DNA from: Octopus sinensis
Taxonomy: Eukaryota
DNA: 64,000 nt
Assembly: GCF_006345805.1 (NCBI RefSeq)
Contig: NC_043013.1
Span: 3,038,001-3,102,000, forward strand
Direction: 5' to 3'
Position 1 is the first letter of the stretch, and the number at the start of each line of letters is the position of its first letter. Positions 26,900 to 39,095 of this stretch are shown in pieces. Position numbers and translations under genes: made by a program. The notes below the pieces were generated by a model. That model was not told where the DNA came from, ran no database searches, and was given only the letters and a program-made list of their open reading frames with translations.

Positions 26900-27930
26900 T
26901 AACGAGCTTTCATTTATATATAATATGCGACTGAAAACGAAAATTTAGCAGCAAAGGCACAACAGTAAAGAGAAAGACGGCCAACTGAATTAGATAAACC
27001 AGGGCAAAGCGACTGAAACAGATGCCTGAATATGCACGGAAACGTAGATATGATTCTGTTTCCGCTACACATGACCGACTGGTTAGGGTATCTCGAGAGG
27101 AGAATATTCTACTTCAAAATAATGGTGTTGGCTCAGATATTGTTGATGCAACACTAAAGAGATCTTTTCTTTGCGATCATGTGGAAGTAGTGGAGTTGAC
27201 AACCAATCTAAGACTTCTTACAGAAGGTCATTCTGATGAAAGAGAGTCTGCTAATTACCTTCTTGATGTAGGAAATGGTAACATTTCTGTTGAACAAAGC
27301 TTAGGTGGATTCAAAATCGAATTACCCAATGATCCTTGCCTTGAAAGTGTACTCTTTCAGATCTGTGTGATTTCAGATCTGTGTTGACCTCAAAAATAAC
27401 TTCACAAACCCTGTGTGGCTTGCAAATAGAACTATCATTACTTCAACAAATGAAGCAGCACAATTTGTGAATGATTTTCTGTTGACCAGGTTCCCTGATG
27501 AGCTAAAAATATACTGAAGCTCAGATACAGTTGATAATGAAACTCTGTCCCCAATGGAGTTCATCAACAAACTGGCTCACATTACATCATTGTCAGTTTA
27601 GATGATCATGTTATTGAAGCTGAGGTTGCTTCTGGTCCTTATTCAGGATCAACTCCCAAGAATACCACAGGTATCTCAAGAACTGAAATTTACATTTACA
27701 TTTACACGCAAACAATTTCCCATGAAGCCAGTTTTTGCCTTGATGTGCAACAAGGCATAGGGACAGACTATTGAACAAATTGGAACATATCTTCCGACAC
27801 AATTCTTCTCACATGGTCAGCTGTATATTATCTAGAGTTCGAAATAAGGCTAATGTAAAAATATTGGCTGAGAGAAATGGAAACAGTATGATTACTGTAA
27901 ATTGTGATTACAAGGAGATATTACTTTAAA
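26900..27930 (+). mobile_element. Internally deleted Helitron relic (PIF1-like helicase C-terminus)
   Basis: IVDATLKRSFL..LTTNLRL, NYLLDVGNG, FTRKQFPMKPVFAL..NKA*GQT, FFSHGQLY, SRV. Confidence 0.85.
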
Positions 27931-28179
27931 GCAAAATATGCTTTTTAGAAAATTTCAGTAAATTGAATTAATGCATAAATTAATATGTAAAGTAACATAT
28001 ATTTGTCTGGAATTAAATTGTTTTGACGTATTTCAACGCATGTCAAAGGAATGATATCGTTATATTAAATCATTTAAAATTTGGGTATATTTGAAAAAGT
28101 AAGGAGACGTCATTCCCATATGTTCTCACAGACTTTTGTGTGCGTGAGTGTATCACACCCTCCTTCCTCATCCATCCAT

Positions 28180-28212
28180 CCATGTATGTATGTATGTATG
28201 TATGTATGTATG

Positions 28213-28279
<67 letters not shown>

Positions 28280-28499
28280 TTCTTTACTACCCACAAGGGG
28301 CTAAACACAGAGAAGACAAACAAGGACAGACAAACGGATTAAGTCGATTATATCGACCTCAGTGCGTAACTGGTACTTATTTAATCGACCCCGAGAGGAT
28401 GAAAGGCAAAGTCGACCTCGGCGGAATTTGAACTCAGAACGTAACGGCAGACGAAATCCCACTAAGTATTTCGCCTGGCGTGCTAACGTTTCTGCCAGC

Positions 28500-28583
<84 letters not shown>

Positions 28584-28601
28584 TATATCTATATATATAT
28601 A

Positions 28602-28632
<31 letters not shown>

Positions 28633-28658
28633 ATATCTATCTATCTATCTATCCATCC

Positions 28659-28723
<65 letters not shown>

Positions 28724-28725
28724 CT
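28180..28725. repeat. (TATG)/(TATC)n tract interrupted by a SINE
   Basis: Direct reading. Confidence 0.95.
28278..28500 (-). mobile_element. SINE type B inserted in (TATC)n
   Basis: Full-length match to 10616-10845; (TATC)n on both sides. Confidence 0.9.
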
Positions 28726-28941
28726 CTGACGGATGTGATGTCGTTTCAGCTCCGAAGGTAATCATTATTTTGACCATTTAAAAGTGTATATTGACAAACA
28801 TTTTGTGCTTAAAAGTTGTGCAACAACATCCACTGTAAACCTTTGATAAATATCGACACAAAATTTTGCCCCTTGTGGCAAAATTTAAAAGAAAAAATCC
28901 TCATAGCCTTCGTGGTTTCATTTAGCCATTTTATTTCCAAA

Positions 28942-31067
28942 ATGGCCACTGGCCCACCACGAGGCTGAGTTGCAAGTGAAGCGTGACGCGACAGAAACAG
29001 AAAAACAGGATGCTCTGTTAGCATACGCCGAACCTGACAACTCCACCACCACCACACAGCAACAAATACAAAACAAAGGTCGCAAGGCCAAGCACCGTCA
29101 ACACCATCAGTGAGTCCACCACCACCACCAACACCATGGCAGAATCTGCTACTAAAACTGCTATCCCTACTAAAGATATCGCCACCAATAACAACATCAC
29201 CATCACCGCCACCAAAGACCGTGCCGTCAATGCTACTAATACTACCAACACCACCGCCGTCACCAAGAACGACAATAACAACAACAACAACGACGACACA
29301 ACCAATTCCCTTCAACCACTGCTCACTCCATCACCAACAAGTGAAAAAATAACGACGACAAGCAAACGAAATGTCGAATTTTGCCCTAGTGCAGGACTAA
29401 AGTACGCAGGCAATTTTCCACCCCTTCCTACTAGCACGATCGAACCAAACACACCAATTTTACAAACTGCAGCCAACAACAACATCACCACAAGCAACAA
29501 CAATAACAAAACAACAACAAATTTCGCTGAGGCGATTAAAGAAAAAAAAAACAACAATATACTTTACGGCTCAACAAATACAGGACACGAACATCAAAAT
29601 AACAGAATCAGAAGGTATAGTAAAAATAAACATACCAGAAGATATTTTGGAAAATGAAAAAAGACGAACAATCATTTATAAAATAGTTAACAAAAAAACA
29701 AAAATCCCAGAGAAGGCCAACACAAGCAAAATAGAGAAGTGCTTGAAACCCATCTGGGATCACAAAGAATATGTAACCTGGTGGAACAAATTTGCCCACA
29801 TACAAGTTGTTTTCTACACCGAAGAGTTAGCTAGACATTTCTCAACGCTAACTCTTCACTCAGATGAACTCCAACTTACACCAAGCTATCGGGGACAGAA
29901 AGTGACTAAGATCACTCTAAACAATGTCCCCAAAATAGCCAATAGTCTATGGCTTGTAAAGGCCTTATGCGTAAAAATGGCGAATTATACTATTTTGGAA
30001 ACCACAGTCACAGAGCATAAAAACTGGGTGGGACAAAAAATAGAATTTCTTCTACATATACATCATGAGGATATAAAAAAAATACCCACCCAGATATGTG
30101 TATCAGACGACCACAAGTTATATGTGGTCGTCGATGGCAGAAGACCACGTTGCTACATATGCGGCAGTGAGCAACACCTAAAAAAAGACTGCAAATCTGC
30201 CGCAAGAAAACAACAGCAACAACAACAGCAGCCGGAAACAAAAACAAATAAACAAGGTTTACTACCCACACCACTTTTTGCAGGAACAAACCTCACCAAA
30301 CAAACAACCACACCAACTGCAGCACCAAGAACAGAAGCAGCATCACCAACAACAACAACCAAGAATATACCAACTCCCAAACCAAGGACATCTGCCAAAA
30401 AGACACCCAGCAAAAATGAAGAAACAATTACAACTCCAAATCCCCACAAAATTGAGACCCTAAACAACACAACAATACCCACAATCACTCAAACACAAAA
30501 TACCCAAACCCCACATCCAAAACCGCATACACCACAACCAAACGCTCACCAACCAACACCAACAACAAAACCAACACAGTCGACAATAGACCCCAATTCT
30601 TTCCCTCTTCCAGACTCCGATTCGTCTGATCTGTCATTAGACGAAGAAGACACGGAAGATTGGCAAATAGCCACAGGGGGGAGAAGAAAAAGGGGAAAAA
30701 AAAGAAAAGAAAAAATAACAAACAAAGCGGGAAGATACACCACTCCCGAAACAAAAACATCCACAGAAAACACACACATCAACACAAACACACCATCATC
30801 AACCCCCCCAAAATGTTGACAGCCATAAACACAAACAACCACGACCTAATGGAACACATTAGGTCAAACACTAACATTACTGAAAACGACATAAAAACAA
30901 GTAACCACCCACATACAACACCACCACAACACATTAAAATAATACACGTGACACAGAACACATACAGCACCCTGAAATCTCTTTACCCTGATGCAGTAGG
31001 GAGATTTCAAAAGTACTCATCGAAAAAACTGTATAAAAGCCTCATAGAAGAAGACCGTGTGAGGTGA
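28942..31067 (+). pseudogene. LINE ORF1 (gag-like, one CCHC zinc knuckle), frameshifted
   Basis: ORFs 29136-29657, 29647-30819, 30660-31067; RPRCYICGSEQHLKKDC at 30151-30192; start at 28942 is inferred. Confidence 0.75.
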
Positions 31068-31138
31068 AAGACAAAGAACTTTCGAAAAACAAGTAACCTT
31101 TTCTCTCTCCTTTTCCTTTTTTGCACTTTTATCGGAAC

Positions 31139-34100
31139 ATGCTCAGAATAGGTAGTATAAATGTACGTGGTTGGGGTCGCCTTGGAAACAAGGCTACCTG
31201 TTAAATGACATCAAGTCACTAAATCTGAATATCATAGCCATCAGTGAGACCAGACTCCACAGCTTGCGGGCACTCCAGCACATTTTCGGTACACATTTCA
31301 ACATTTATTTTTCTCCGTGTCTACCGAGAATGGGCGGAGGTGGAACCGCGGTGCTTATCCGGAAGAGTCTGGATCTCAAAGTAAGAGCAAATTTCCTAGA
31401 CCCGGCTGGTCGTTTTGGATGTCGATGGCAGCAATGAGTGTGCTTTTCGACTGATAGCAGTTTATGCTCCGTCCTTAACAGGCCGACCAGATTTCTTTCG
31501 ACGTCTAGAGTCTTTCATGGGAACGTCTCGTCCTTTACTTTTAGTGGGGGATTGGAATGCCACCCTGGACACGCATCTAGACTACGTGGGCAGAGATAGC
31601 AATAGAAGGGGATGCAAATGCCTCAAAGACCTGCTCAGACGTTTCCAACTGTCTGACAGGTACCGACTGGACCACCCGAATGTGCCATGGAGTAACCGCA
31701 TCGGGTCGTCCAGATCATACTTAGACAGAGTATTCTGTAGGACAATAGATAAAAACAGTGTAGGTTGTCCACAATTTCATATAGTCAGTTACACAGATCA
31801 CAAGTTTGTGACTTGTACACTTGACTTAGATAAGACACATAGGCAGGGTCCTGGTTACTGGAAACTGAACGCGTCGTTTACAGCACGACAGGTTTACAGG
31901 GACCGGATCAGCACATTAGTTAAGAGAGCTTTGACGGGTACCATCATCAACACAACAGATGGTGGTATGCCCTAAAAAAAGCGATTAAAGCAGAATCAGT
32001 CAGATACAGTAGAGCCCTAGCATTAGACCGAAATAGAATAGAGGGAGAATTAGTTAAGGTTTTAGAAGAGGCACTTAGAACTGGCATCGCGTCCAACGTA
32101 CTGGCGGCGAGATTGGCCCTCGACCAACACCTCAACGCCAAACACGAGGGATGCGTTGTCAGAGCTAGGATGCGTGCTCTGAGGAACGAAGGAGTTGGAG
32201 CCGCCCAAGAGGCCCGAGTGGTGGAGACGCAACGAGGCAACAGAGCCACCATCAAGTCTCTTATAGATGAACAGGGGCGCGAATTGCTCGAGCCTAAAAG
32301 GATGTGTGGGGTTTTTCAACAACACTTCACCCAACTGTTTGGGACAAGTGGTGAGTCAGAAAGCAGAGTGGACTTTAGTGCCTACCTGCATGCCTTGCCA
32401 CGACTCTCAGCAAGGGAGGTGGAGTCTTGTGAAAAGCCTATCACAGCTGCGGATGTACAGGATGCGATGGTAGGCTGCGCGAGAGACAAGTCACCAGGCT
32501 TGGATGGTCTGCCCTACGAATTTTATTTTCATATGCCAGACTTGTTTGGAGGCGTCTTGGCAGCTGTCTACTGCAACTGGCAGCAGAACGGGAGTATTCC
32601 TGCTTTTGTAAAGCGAGGAGCAGTGGCACTGATCAAGAAAGACCCAAACAAGGGGGACGTCATAGATAATTTCAGGCCCATCACTCTGCTCAACGCAGAT
32701 TTGAAAATTTTGGCCAAGGTGTTAGCCGAGAGGTTGGCGCTTGTCATCAAGAAACTAATCGACAAGGCGCAAACATGCGCCGTGCCGGGTAGAAGTATTC
32801 ATGACAACCTCCATCTGATGCGCTACATCATAGACAGGGTAGTTAAAAATCCTGGCATGGGTGGGGCGCTGATCAATTTGGATCAATCAAAAGCCTTCGA
32901 TAGGGTAGACCATCACTACTTGGAGGCTGTCCTCAAAGCGGCTGGTTTCGGTCCAGTTTTCCGCGGTTGGATCGCTGCCTTATACAGCGGCATCCGCTCA
33001 GTAGTTCGCGTAAATGGTCATCTATCCAGACCTTTTAACATCATGCGTTCGGTTCGTCAGGGATGCCCCTCTCATCGCTGCTGTATGTACTGACTCTTGA
33101 GCCACTACTGCGGAAACTGGCGACGCTGAGGGGCATCCCACGAGAGCTGGGATGCGGGAGGAGCGTGTCTGCATACGCGGATGACGTCACCGTCATAGTG
33201 TCGAGCTACGAGCACATCGAGCTGGTCGGCGAGACACTGAAAGAATACGAAGCGGTAACGGGAGCAAAAATTAACCGGGAAAAGTCAGTGGGCTTGCGGC
33301 TCGGCACCTGGAGAAGCAAGCCCATGCCGTCCAACAGCGTCTCCATCGTGGGACGCTGGACGGACGGACGGTTAAATTGCTCGGGGTCTGGTTCGGTCCG
33401 GACCTCCAAATGGAGAAGAACTGGGGCGAGATAACGACTAGGGTGGCTACTCTCACCCAGAAATGGACTGAGAGAAAGCTATCCCTAAAAGGTCGGGCGG
33501 AGGTGGCGAACGCGTACATCGCATCCGTCATCGAGTATCGTCTGACCGTCGTGCCTTGTCCCGACCCTACCATCACCAAACTGGAACGCATACTCTTCCG
33601 CTTCTTGTGGAAGGGAAACGTTCCGATGGTTAGGCGATCCATTTGCTGCCAACACCCGCTAAATGGAGGGCTGGGCATGCCGTGGTTGATGATGCGCAGA
33701 CATGCGCTGAGACTGCGACATCTCCGGCGCTTCATAGACAACGGTGAACAGGGGTGGTCGCCTTTTGTGCGGCGCGCTTTCCCGCAGCTCGTCTCCTTGG
33801 ACGAACTACAGTCATGGATCAAGCAGAGACCGAGGCTAGGCGAATGGCACCGCGAGTGTCGCGTTGCTCTCAAGCAACTCTGCCGTCGGGATCGAACTTG
33901 TGCGACTCCATCACAACAAAGGCATTCTATAGAGGATTAGTGGAGGGGAGGTGCGACGACGAACTCGGGCAGAGTCTGGGCGTCGACGAGGAACACCTGA
34001 CCCGCCTGTTCAGGACAACTTTCGGGCCGGGACCTATGAACAATCACCAAAGATCCCTGGCCTGGCAGTGCTATCGAGAAGCATTACCTGTTCGGGATAA

Positions 34101-34556
34101 GCTCTACAGACACGGTTCCAGACACACTGGACCGACTTGCCCGAGATGCGGTCAGAGCGACGAAACCGTTCTGCACGCACTCGTGCAATGTCCAACCATT
34201 TCCGACCTGTGGGCTTATGCCGAACGGCTGCTGTCACGTGTGGGACGAATCCGCCTATCGGCCGAGTCTATCGTGAGAATTGCTCCGCCCCCTTCCCTCA
34301 ACCGGGAAGGCAAGGCAGTTTTCATCGTACTGGTGGCCATGGTGAAAGAATGTGTGTGGTGGACTCGAGCGAAAGGATTAGAGACAAACACTTACCTCTC
34401 TGGCCAATCGCTCATCAACTTTTTCAAGTACCACTTGAAAAGGAAGGTGAGAATGAGAGGGAAGTTTTGTCTCGCGAAAGATTCAAAAAAAGATGGGTGA
34501 ATGTTGCAAAGATGGTGCGTGCTAGTAACGAAACCATTTTGAGCATGATCCTGTAG
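31139..34556 (+). pseudogene. LINE ORF2 (AP endonuclease, reverse transcriptase, C-terminal zinc finger), frameshifted
   Basis: SINVRG, ISETR, VYAP, GDWNA, LDRVF, TDH; FRPITLLNADLKILAK, LDQSKAFDRV, RQGCP, YADD (about 33175); CPRCGQSDETVLHALVQC. Confidence 0.95.
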
Positions 34557-34858
34557 ATCGTAAAAAAGAAAGAAAGAGAGCATTTTTGACCTCATGTGTT
34601 TATTTCCTCCCTGACTGGGGTTCCCGTGGTCTTTTCTGTAGGCTTTTCTTCCCACGGATGAACCCAATCTTGTTATATCAATGTTTACACCATTATTTCT
34701 GTGATACACGATTTTCCTTTTTTTCCTTTTTTTTCCTCCTCTCGATCCCTTTTGATCGCAATCTTACATTTTTATTTTTTTCCACCCTCGAAAAGAAAAG
34801 CTCTGCATTTGTATTTGTCCCCTCTGTATTCAGCCCTGTGTGGCTAATAAAAGAAAGT

Positions 34859-34877
34859 TATCTATCTTATCTATCTA

Positions 34878-34916
<39 letters not shown>

Positions 34917-34918
34917 AT

Positions 34919-34974
<56 letters not shown>

Positions 34975-35030
34975 ACTATCATCTATCTATCTATCTATCT
35001 ATCTATCTATGTATCTATCTATCTATCTAC

Positions 35031-35063
<33 letters not shown>

Positions 35064-35165
35064 AATCTATCCATCTATCTATCTATCATCTAACTATCTA
35101 TCTATCTATCTATTATTATTATCTATCTATCTATCTATGTATCTATCTATTATGTATTCTTCATC

Positions 35166-35198
<33 letters not shown>

Positions 35199-35200
35199 AT
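34859..35200. repeat. (TATC)n tract
   Basis: Direct reading. Confidence 0.95.
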
Positions 35201-35569
35201 CTATACTATGTAAGTTCTACCAATTATTAATGATAAATATATGTAACATATTGGCTCTTTAAAAAAGAGAGATTATGATTGATAAGATAATGACAGCCAT
35301 ATTTACTAAGCAAGAGAGCACCATTATACAAAGAAATAATTCGACGTCAAATATCATAAAAATTACTAGAATCGAGAATCAAATATGGAAATATTATTAA
35401 TGGCTAGTATATATATACGCATTCTATGCACATACATATACACACTTACGTATATGAAAAAAATACATATTAACATATATATACCAAAATAAATAAATAA
35501 ATAAATATATATATATACTATATATATATATATATAGAGTATATATATATACCCTTTATATATATATAA

Positions 35570-35790
35570 AATAATCCACCAACAAGAAAGCACAAGAAAA
35601 CACAACAACGCGAGGACGTGGAAAAAAAATCAAGTATTATTGGACGCTCAGGAAAGAAGGAAGAAGGAGGGTTTAACCGTTCGAGCGGAGCTATTCGTCG
35701 CGAAACATAGGAGAAGGAAAGATCAGAGAAGGGAAGACAGAGGGAAAAAAATACGCCAACGGTAACACACGCGGCACACACAACACACAC
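35570..35790 (-). mobile_element. PLE-like terminal repeat, same family as 15360-15560, with degraded hammerhead at 35671-35706
   Basis: Shared GACGCTCAGGAAAGAAGG..GAGCGGAGCT..GGAGAAGGAAAGATC. Confidence 0.7.
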
Positions 35791-35804
35791 ACACACACAC
35801 ACAC

Positions 35805-35845
<41 letters not shown>

Positions 35846-36130
35846 CCAATCGTATGTATACATGTGAACGTAAATGTCTCCCGATGTTACTGGATTAAGG
35901 TAAGTAAATTGTAAAATATGCAAAGGAAACATGATGAATGGAGATAAACAGAGAGAATTAGTTAAATTTCTTATTGAAATGAAAAAAGGGAGAAGGAAAG
36001 AGGGTAAGAAATGCATATGTGTTCGCGCGTGTGTACGTGTGTGTGTGGTGTGTGTGTGTATGTGTGTGTGTGTGTGCGTGCGTGTGTGTGAGAAAGTGGG
36101 AGAATGAGAGAGAGATTGAAATAGATAGAT

Positions 36131-36179
<49 letters not shown>

Positions 36180-36436
36180 AAAAACAAGGTAAATAAGAGG
36201 GCGCTATGGAGCTCTCGTCATGCTGTCTCTTTGAGAGGTAAGATCGATATCTATATTAGGTTGTCGTCCTTACATCACTTCTCTGCGGCACTGAATCGTG
36301 AACTTCATACGCGAAGTATGTTTAGCAATTTCATTGTTATTATTTGCTGTGCTCCAGATACAAACGCAACATCAAATGAAGGGACAAACTAAAACATGAT
36401 TCTACATTGTTGACGCGTAACACGGCTGCTTTTTAA

Positions 36437-36656
36437 TCTTTTACTTGTTTCAGTCATTTGACTGCGGCCATGCTGGAGCACAGCCTTTAATCGAGCAAAT
36501 CGACCCCAGGACTTATTCTTTTGTAAACCCAGTACTTAGTCTATCGGTCTCTTTTTCCGAACCGCTAAGTAACGGGGACATAAACACACCAGCGTCGGTT
36601 GTCATCAAGCCATGCTAGGGGGACAAAACACCAGACACACAAACACACACACACGC

Positions 36657-36715
<59 letters not shown>

Positions 36716-36886
36716 CATATATACGACGGGCTTCTTTCAGTTTCCGTCTACCAAATCCACTCACAAGGCTTTGGTCAGCCCGAGGCTATAGTAAAATACA
36801 CTTGCCCAAGGTGCCACGCAGTGGGACTGAACCCGGAACCATGTGGTTGGTAAACGAGCTACTTACCACACAGCCACTCCTGCGCC
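36437..36886 (-). mobile_element. SINE type A, full length with internal (TA)n expansion
   Basis: Head at 36730-36886, tail at 36437-36620, microsatellite in between. Confidence 0.9.
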
Positions 36887-37175
36887 TTCTTTTTTTTTTT
36901 TCTTCTTTCAGGATTCAAATGTGATGGCCAAAACAGTTATTCGAAACCTGATGCAGCCGTTTAAGACAATTTGCCATCAGTAACAAAGCTAGTTACGGCT
37001 TTCCGTCGAGCCAGATATTGTTCAACTGCATTTCTGACGGCAAGAACGACAAGAGCGTTTTTATAACCCAGTGCAGAACAAATATTACAGGGAACCTCGG
37101 TTGTAATGCATCAATTTTTGGTTTTCGCGCAGATGTGTATGTGTGTGTGTGTGTGTGTGTGCATATATATATATA

Positions 37176-37218
<43 letters not shown>

Positions 37219-37269
37219 TATTATATATATATATATATATATACATATATATATTTCTTGCGTTACCGA

Positions 37270-37380
37270 TGTCTATTTCTACATTGACGCGTCCTCTTCC
37301 CAGTTATCTAAGAGAATTTCCAATCATTATTCTTCATTTAAGGATAGCAGTAAACGTTATACCACAGAGCTAAGTAAATT
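37270..37380 (+). mobile_element. Penelope-like GIY-YIG endonuclease fragment
   Basis: FYIDASSSQLSKRISNHYSSFKDSSKRYTTELSK resembles the PLE YIG..R..NH..SF..TELSK motif. Confidence 0.7.
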
Positions 37381-37385
37381 GGTTT

Positions 37386-37480
37386 TGTTTTGTTCAAGAA
37401 GACAACGCAACGCCCGGTCTGGGAATCGAACCCACGATCTCGTAAACATGAATGCGGCACCTTAATCACTAAGCCATGCA
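37386..37480 (-). mobile_element. tRNA-derived SINE head (related to type C/D)
   Basis: Minus strand TGGCTTAGTGATT..GGGTTCGATTCCCAGACCGGGCG. Confidence 0.8.
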
Positions 37481-37642
37481 CCTTCACACACACACACAAA
37501 CACACACATATATATGCATATATATATATATGTGCATGTGTGCGTATGCACGTATGTTTGTATGTATATATATATATATATATAAAACATTATTGGTGAA
37601 TTGAAGAAATGGAGCTGAACGCAGATTGAACAGAAATCGTTT

Positions 37643-37736
37643 TATTTCATTCTACACGTGTTTCGAAAGGCACAAATTCCCAAAATCCGATTGAATAATG
37701 GGACCATATTGTGTCTTTCTCTTCAGGAAGAAAATA
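37643..37736 (-). ncRNA. Type I hammerhead ribozyme candidate (left arm)
   Basis: Mirror copy of 38193-38286. Confidence 0.75.
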
Positions 37737-38192
37737 GGAAATCCGTTGGAAAAACAAAAACAGAACAGAGGCGGAGCAAAAACAAATCGAACTATGCTCC
37801 TAAGAGCCCATGGCGAAACTGTTTATCAGTGTATGTTGAGAACCGGTGGCTTAAGATCAAGCGCACACACGTACACAAAAAATGTTTTCTACCCCTACGC
37901 CAACACACACATATATAGAACAGTATACACACACACACGTCTCTAAGTAGATTTTTTCTCGCCCCTTATAAAACATCCAATATTCCTTAAATAGTCAGAA
38001 CTTTATTCTCGGTCACAAAGAACACCCACACACCCTCACCCACATGATTGACCGATGCCTGACCCGTTAAATTCTTAAGCCACCGGTTCTCAACATACAC
38101 TGATAAACAGTTTCGCCATGGGCTCTTAGGAGCATAGTTCGATTTGTTTTTGCTCCGCCTCTGTTCTGTTTTTGTTTTTCCAACGGATTTCC

Positions 38193-38286
38193 TATTTTCT
38201 TCCTGAAGAGAAAGACACAATATGGTCCCATTATTCAATCGGATTTTGGGAATTTGTGCCTTTCGAAACACGTGTAGAATGAAATA
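38193..38286 (+). ncRNA. Type I hammerhead ribozyme candidate (right arm)
   Basis: CUGAAGA (38203-09), long stem II closed by GAAAG/CUUUC, GAA, palindromic ACACGUGU helix III, GUA cleavage triplet (after 38276), stem I UUC/GAA extendable with a bulge. Confidence 0.75.
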
Positions 38287-38497
38287 AAACAATTTCTGTT
38301 CAATCTGCGTTCAGCTCCATTTCTTCAATTCACCAATAATGTTTTAATTTCAATTATCCGCACCAACGCACGGTTGCAACACCATATGGTTGTACCTCCA
38401 ACCGTGCTGTTTACTGCTGTGATTTTTGCTACTAAGGTATCGGTTAAACTTTTGATTAATCTACTACAAGATTATTCATCTTTCTATTTCACATAAT

Positions 38498-38544
<47 letters not shown>

Positions 38545-38556
38545 ATATATATACAT

Positions 38557-38597
<41 letters not shown>

Positions 38598-38869
38598 TAT
38601 ATTATATATATATATATATATATTATGTATGTATGTATGTATGTATGTATGTATGTATATGTCAGGTCACTTTCGACTGCTACTGGTAACATGTACCCAG
38701 TACAACCTGTTGCATGGTCGGGAGCGTGTTTATTGGACACCCTGCGGGATGAAAAACAAAACCCGTCAAAGGGCGGAGGAACTCTTGAGAGTCAACGACG
38801 ATCCAATATATGTGTAATTTTTTTTCTTAAGGCTTAAAGCTGTATCATGCGCGGGGATCTATTATCACT

Positions 38870-39095
38870 GAGGATTTGTGTATGAGACGCGTGTCTGCCA
38901 AGTTTGTTTCAAAACTGCTTTCAGCTGACCAAAAAGACTTTCGGTTTTCAGTTGCACAAGATCTCCCTGATTGTGTTGAGAACGATGGAAAACCTTTTGA
39001 AAACTTTGCGTAGGCCTTTGAACATGTATTGCCATGCTTTTGGCAAAATTTGATCCAGATTCTCTGCTCAACTTTCTGTCATGGTCAATGCAACA
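38870..39095. mobile_element. Two mariner transposase N-terminal fragments in opposite orientation
   Basis: Plus strand IITEDLCMRRVSAKFVSKLLSADQK; minus strand EQR-IWIKFCQKHGNTCSKAY. Confidence 0.75.

Larger units (their letters stand above)
28726..34858 (+). mobile_element. Near full-length Tx1/L1-type LINE
   Basis: Gag-like ORF1 plus APE-RT-CCHC ORF2, T-rich 3' UTR ending AATAAAAGAAAG; the 5' boundary is inferred from the end of (TATC)n. Confidence 0.9.
37583..38346. repeat. 274-bp inverted repeat (arms 37583-37856 and 38073-38346), PLE pseudo-LTR-like
   Basis: Arms are reverse complements with one mismatch; 216-bp spacer. Confidence 0.95.

Noticed and set aside
28809-30842. Hydrophobic minus-strand ORFs resembling membrane proteins
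   Set aside because: Antisense shadows of the ACC/ACA-rich LINE ORF1
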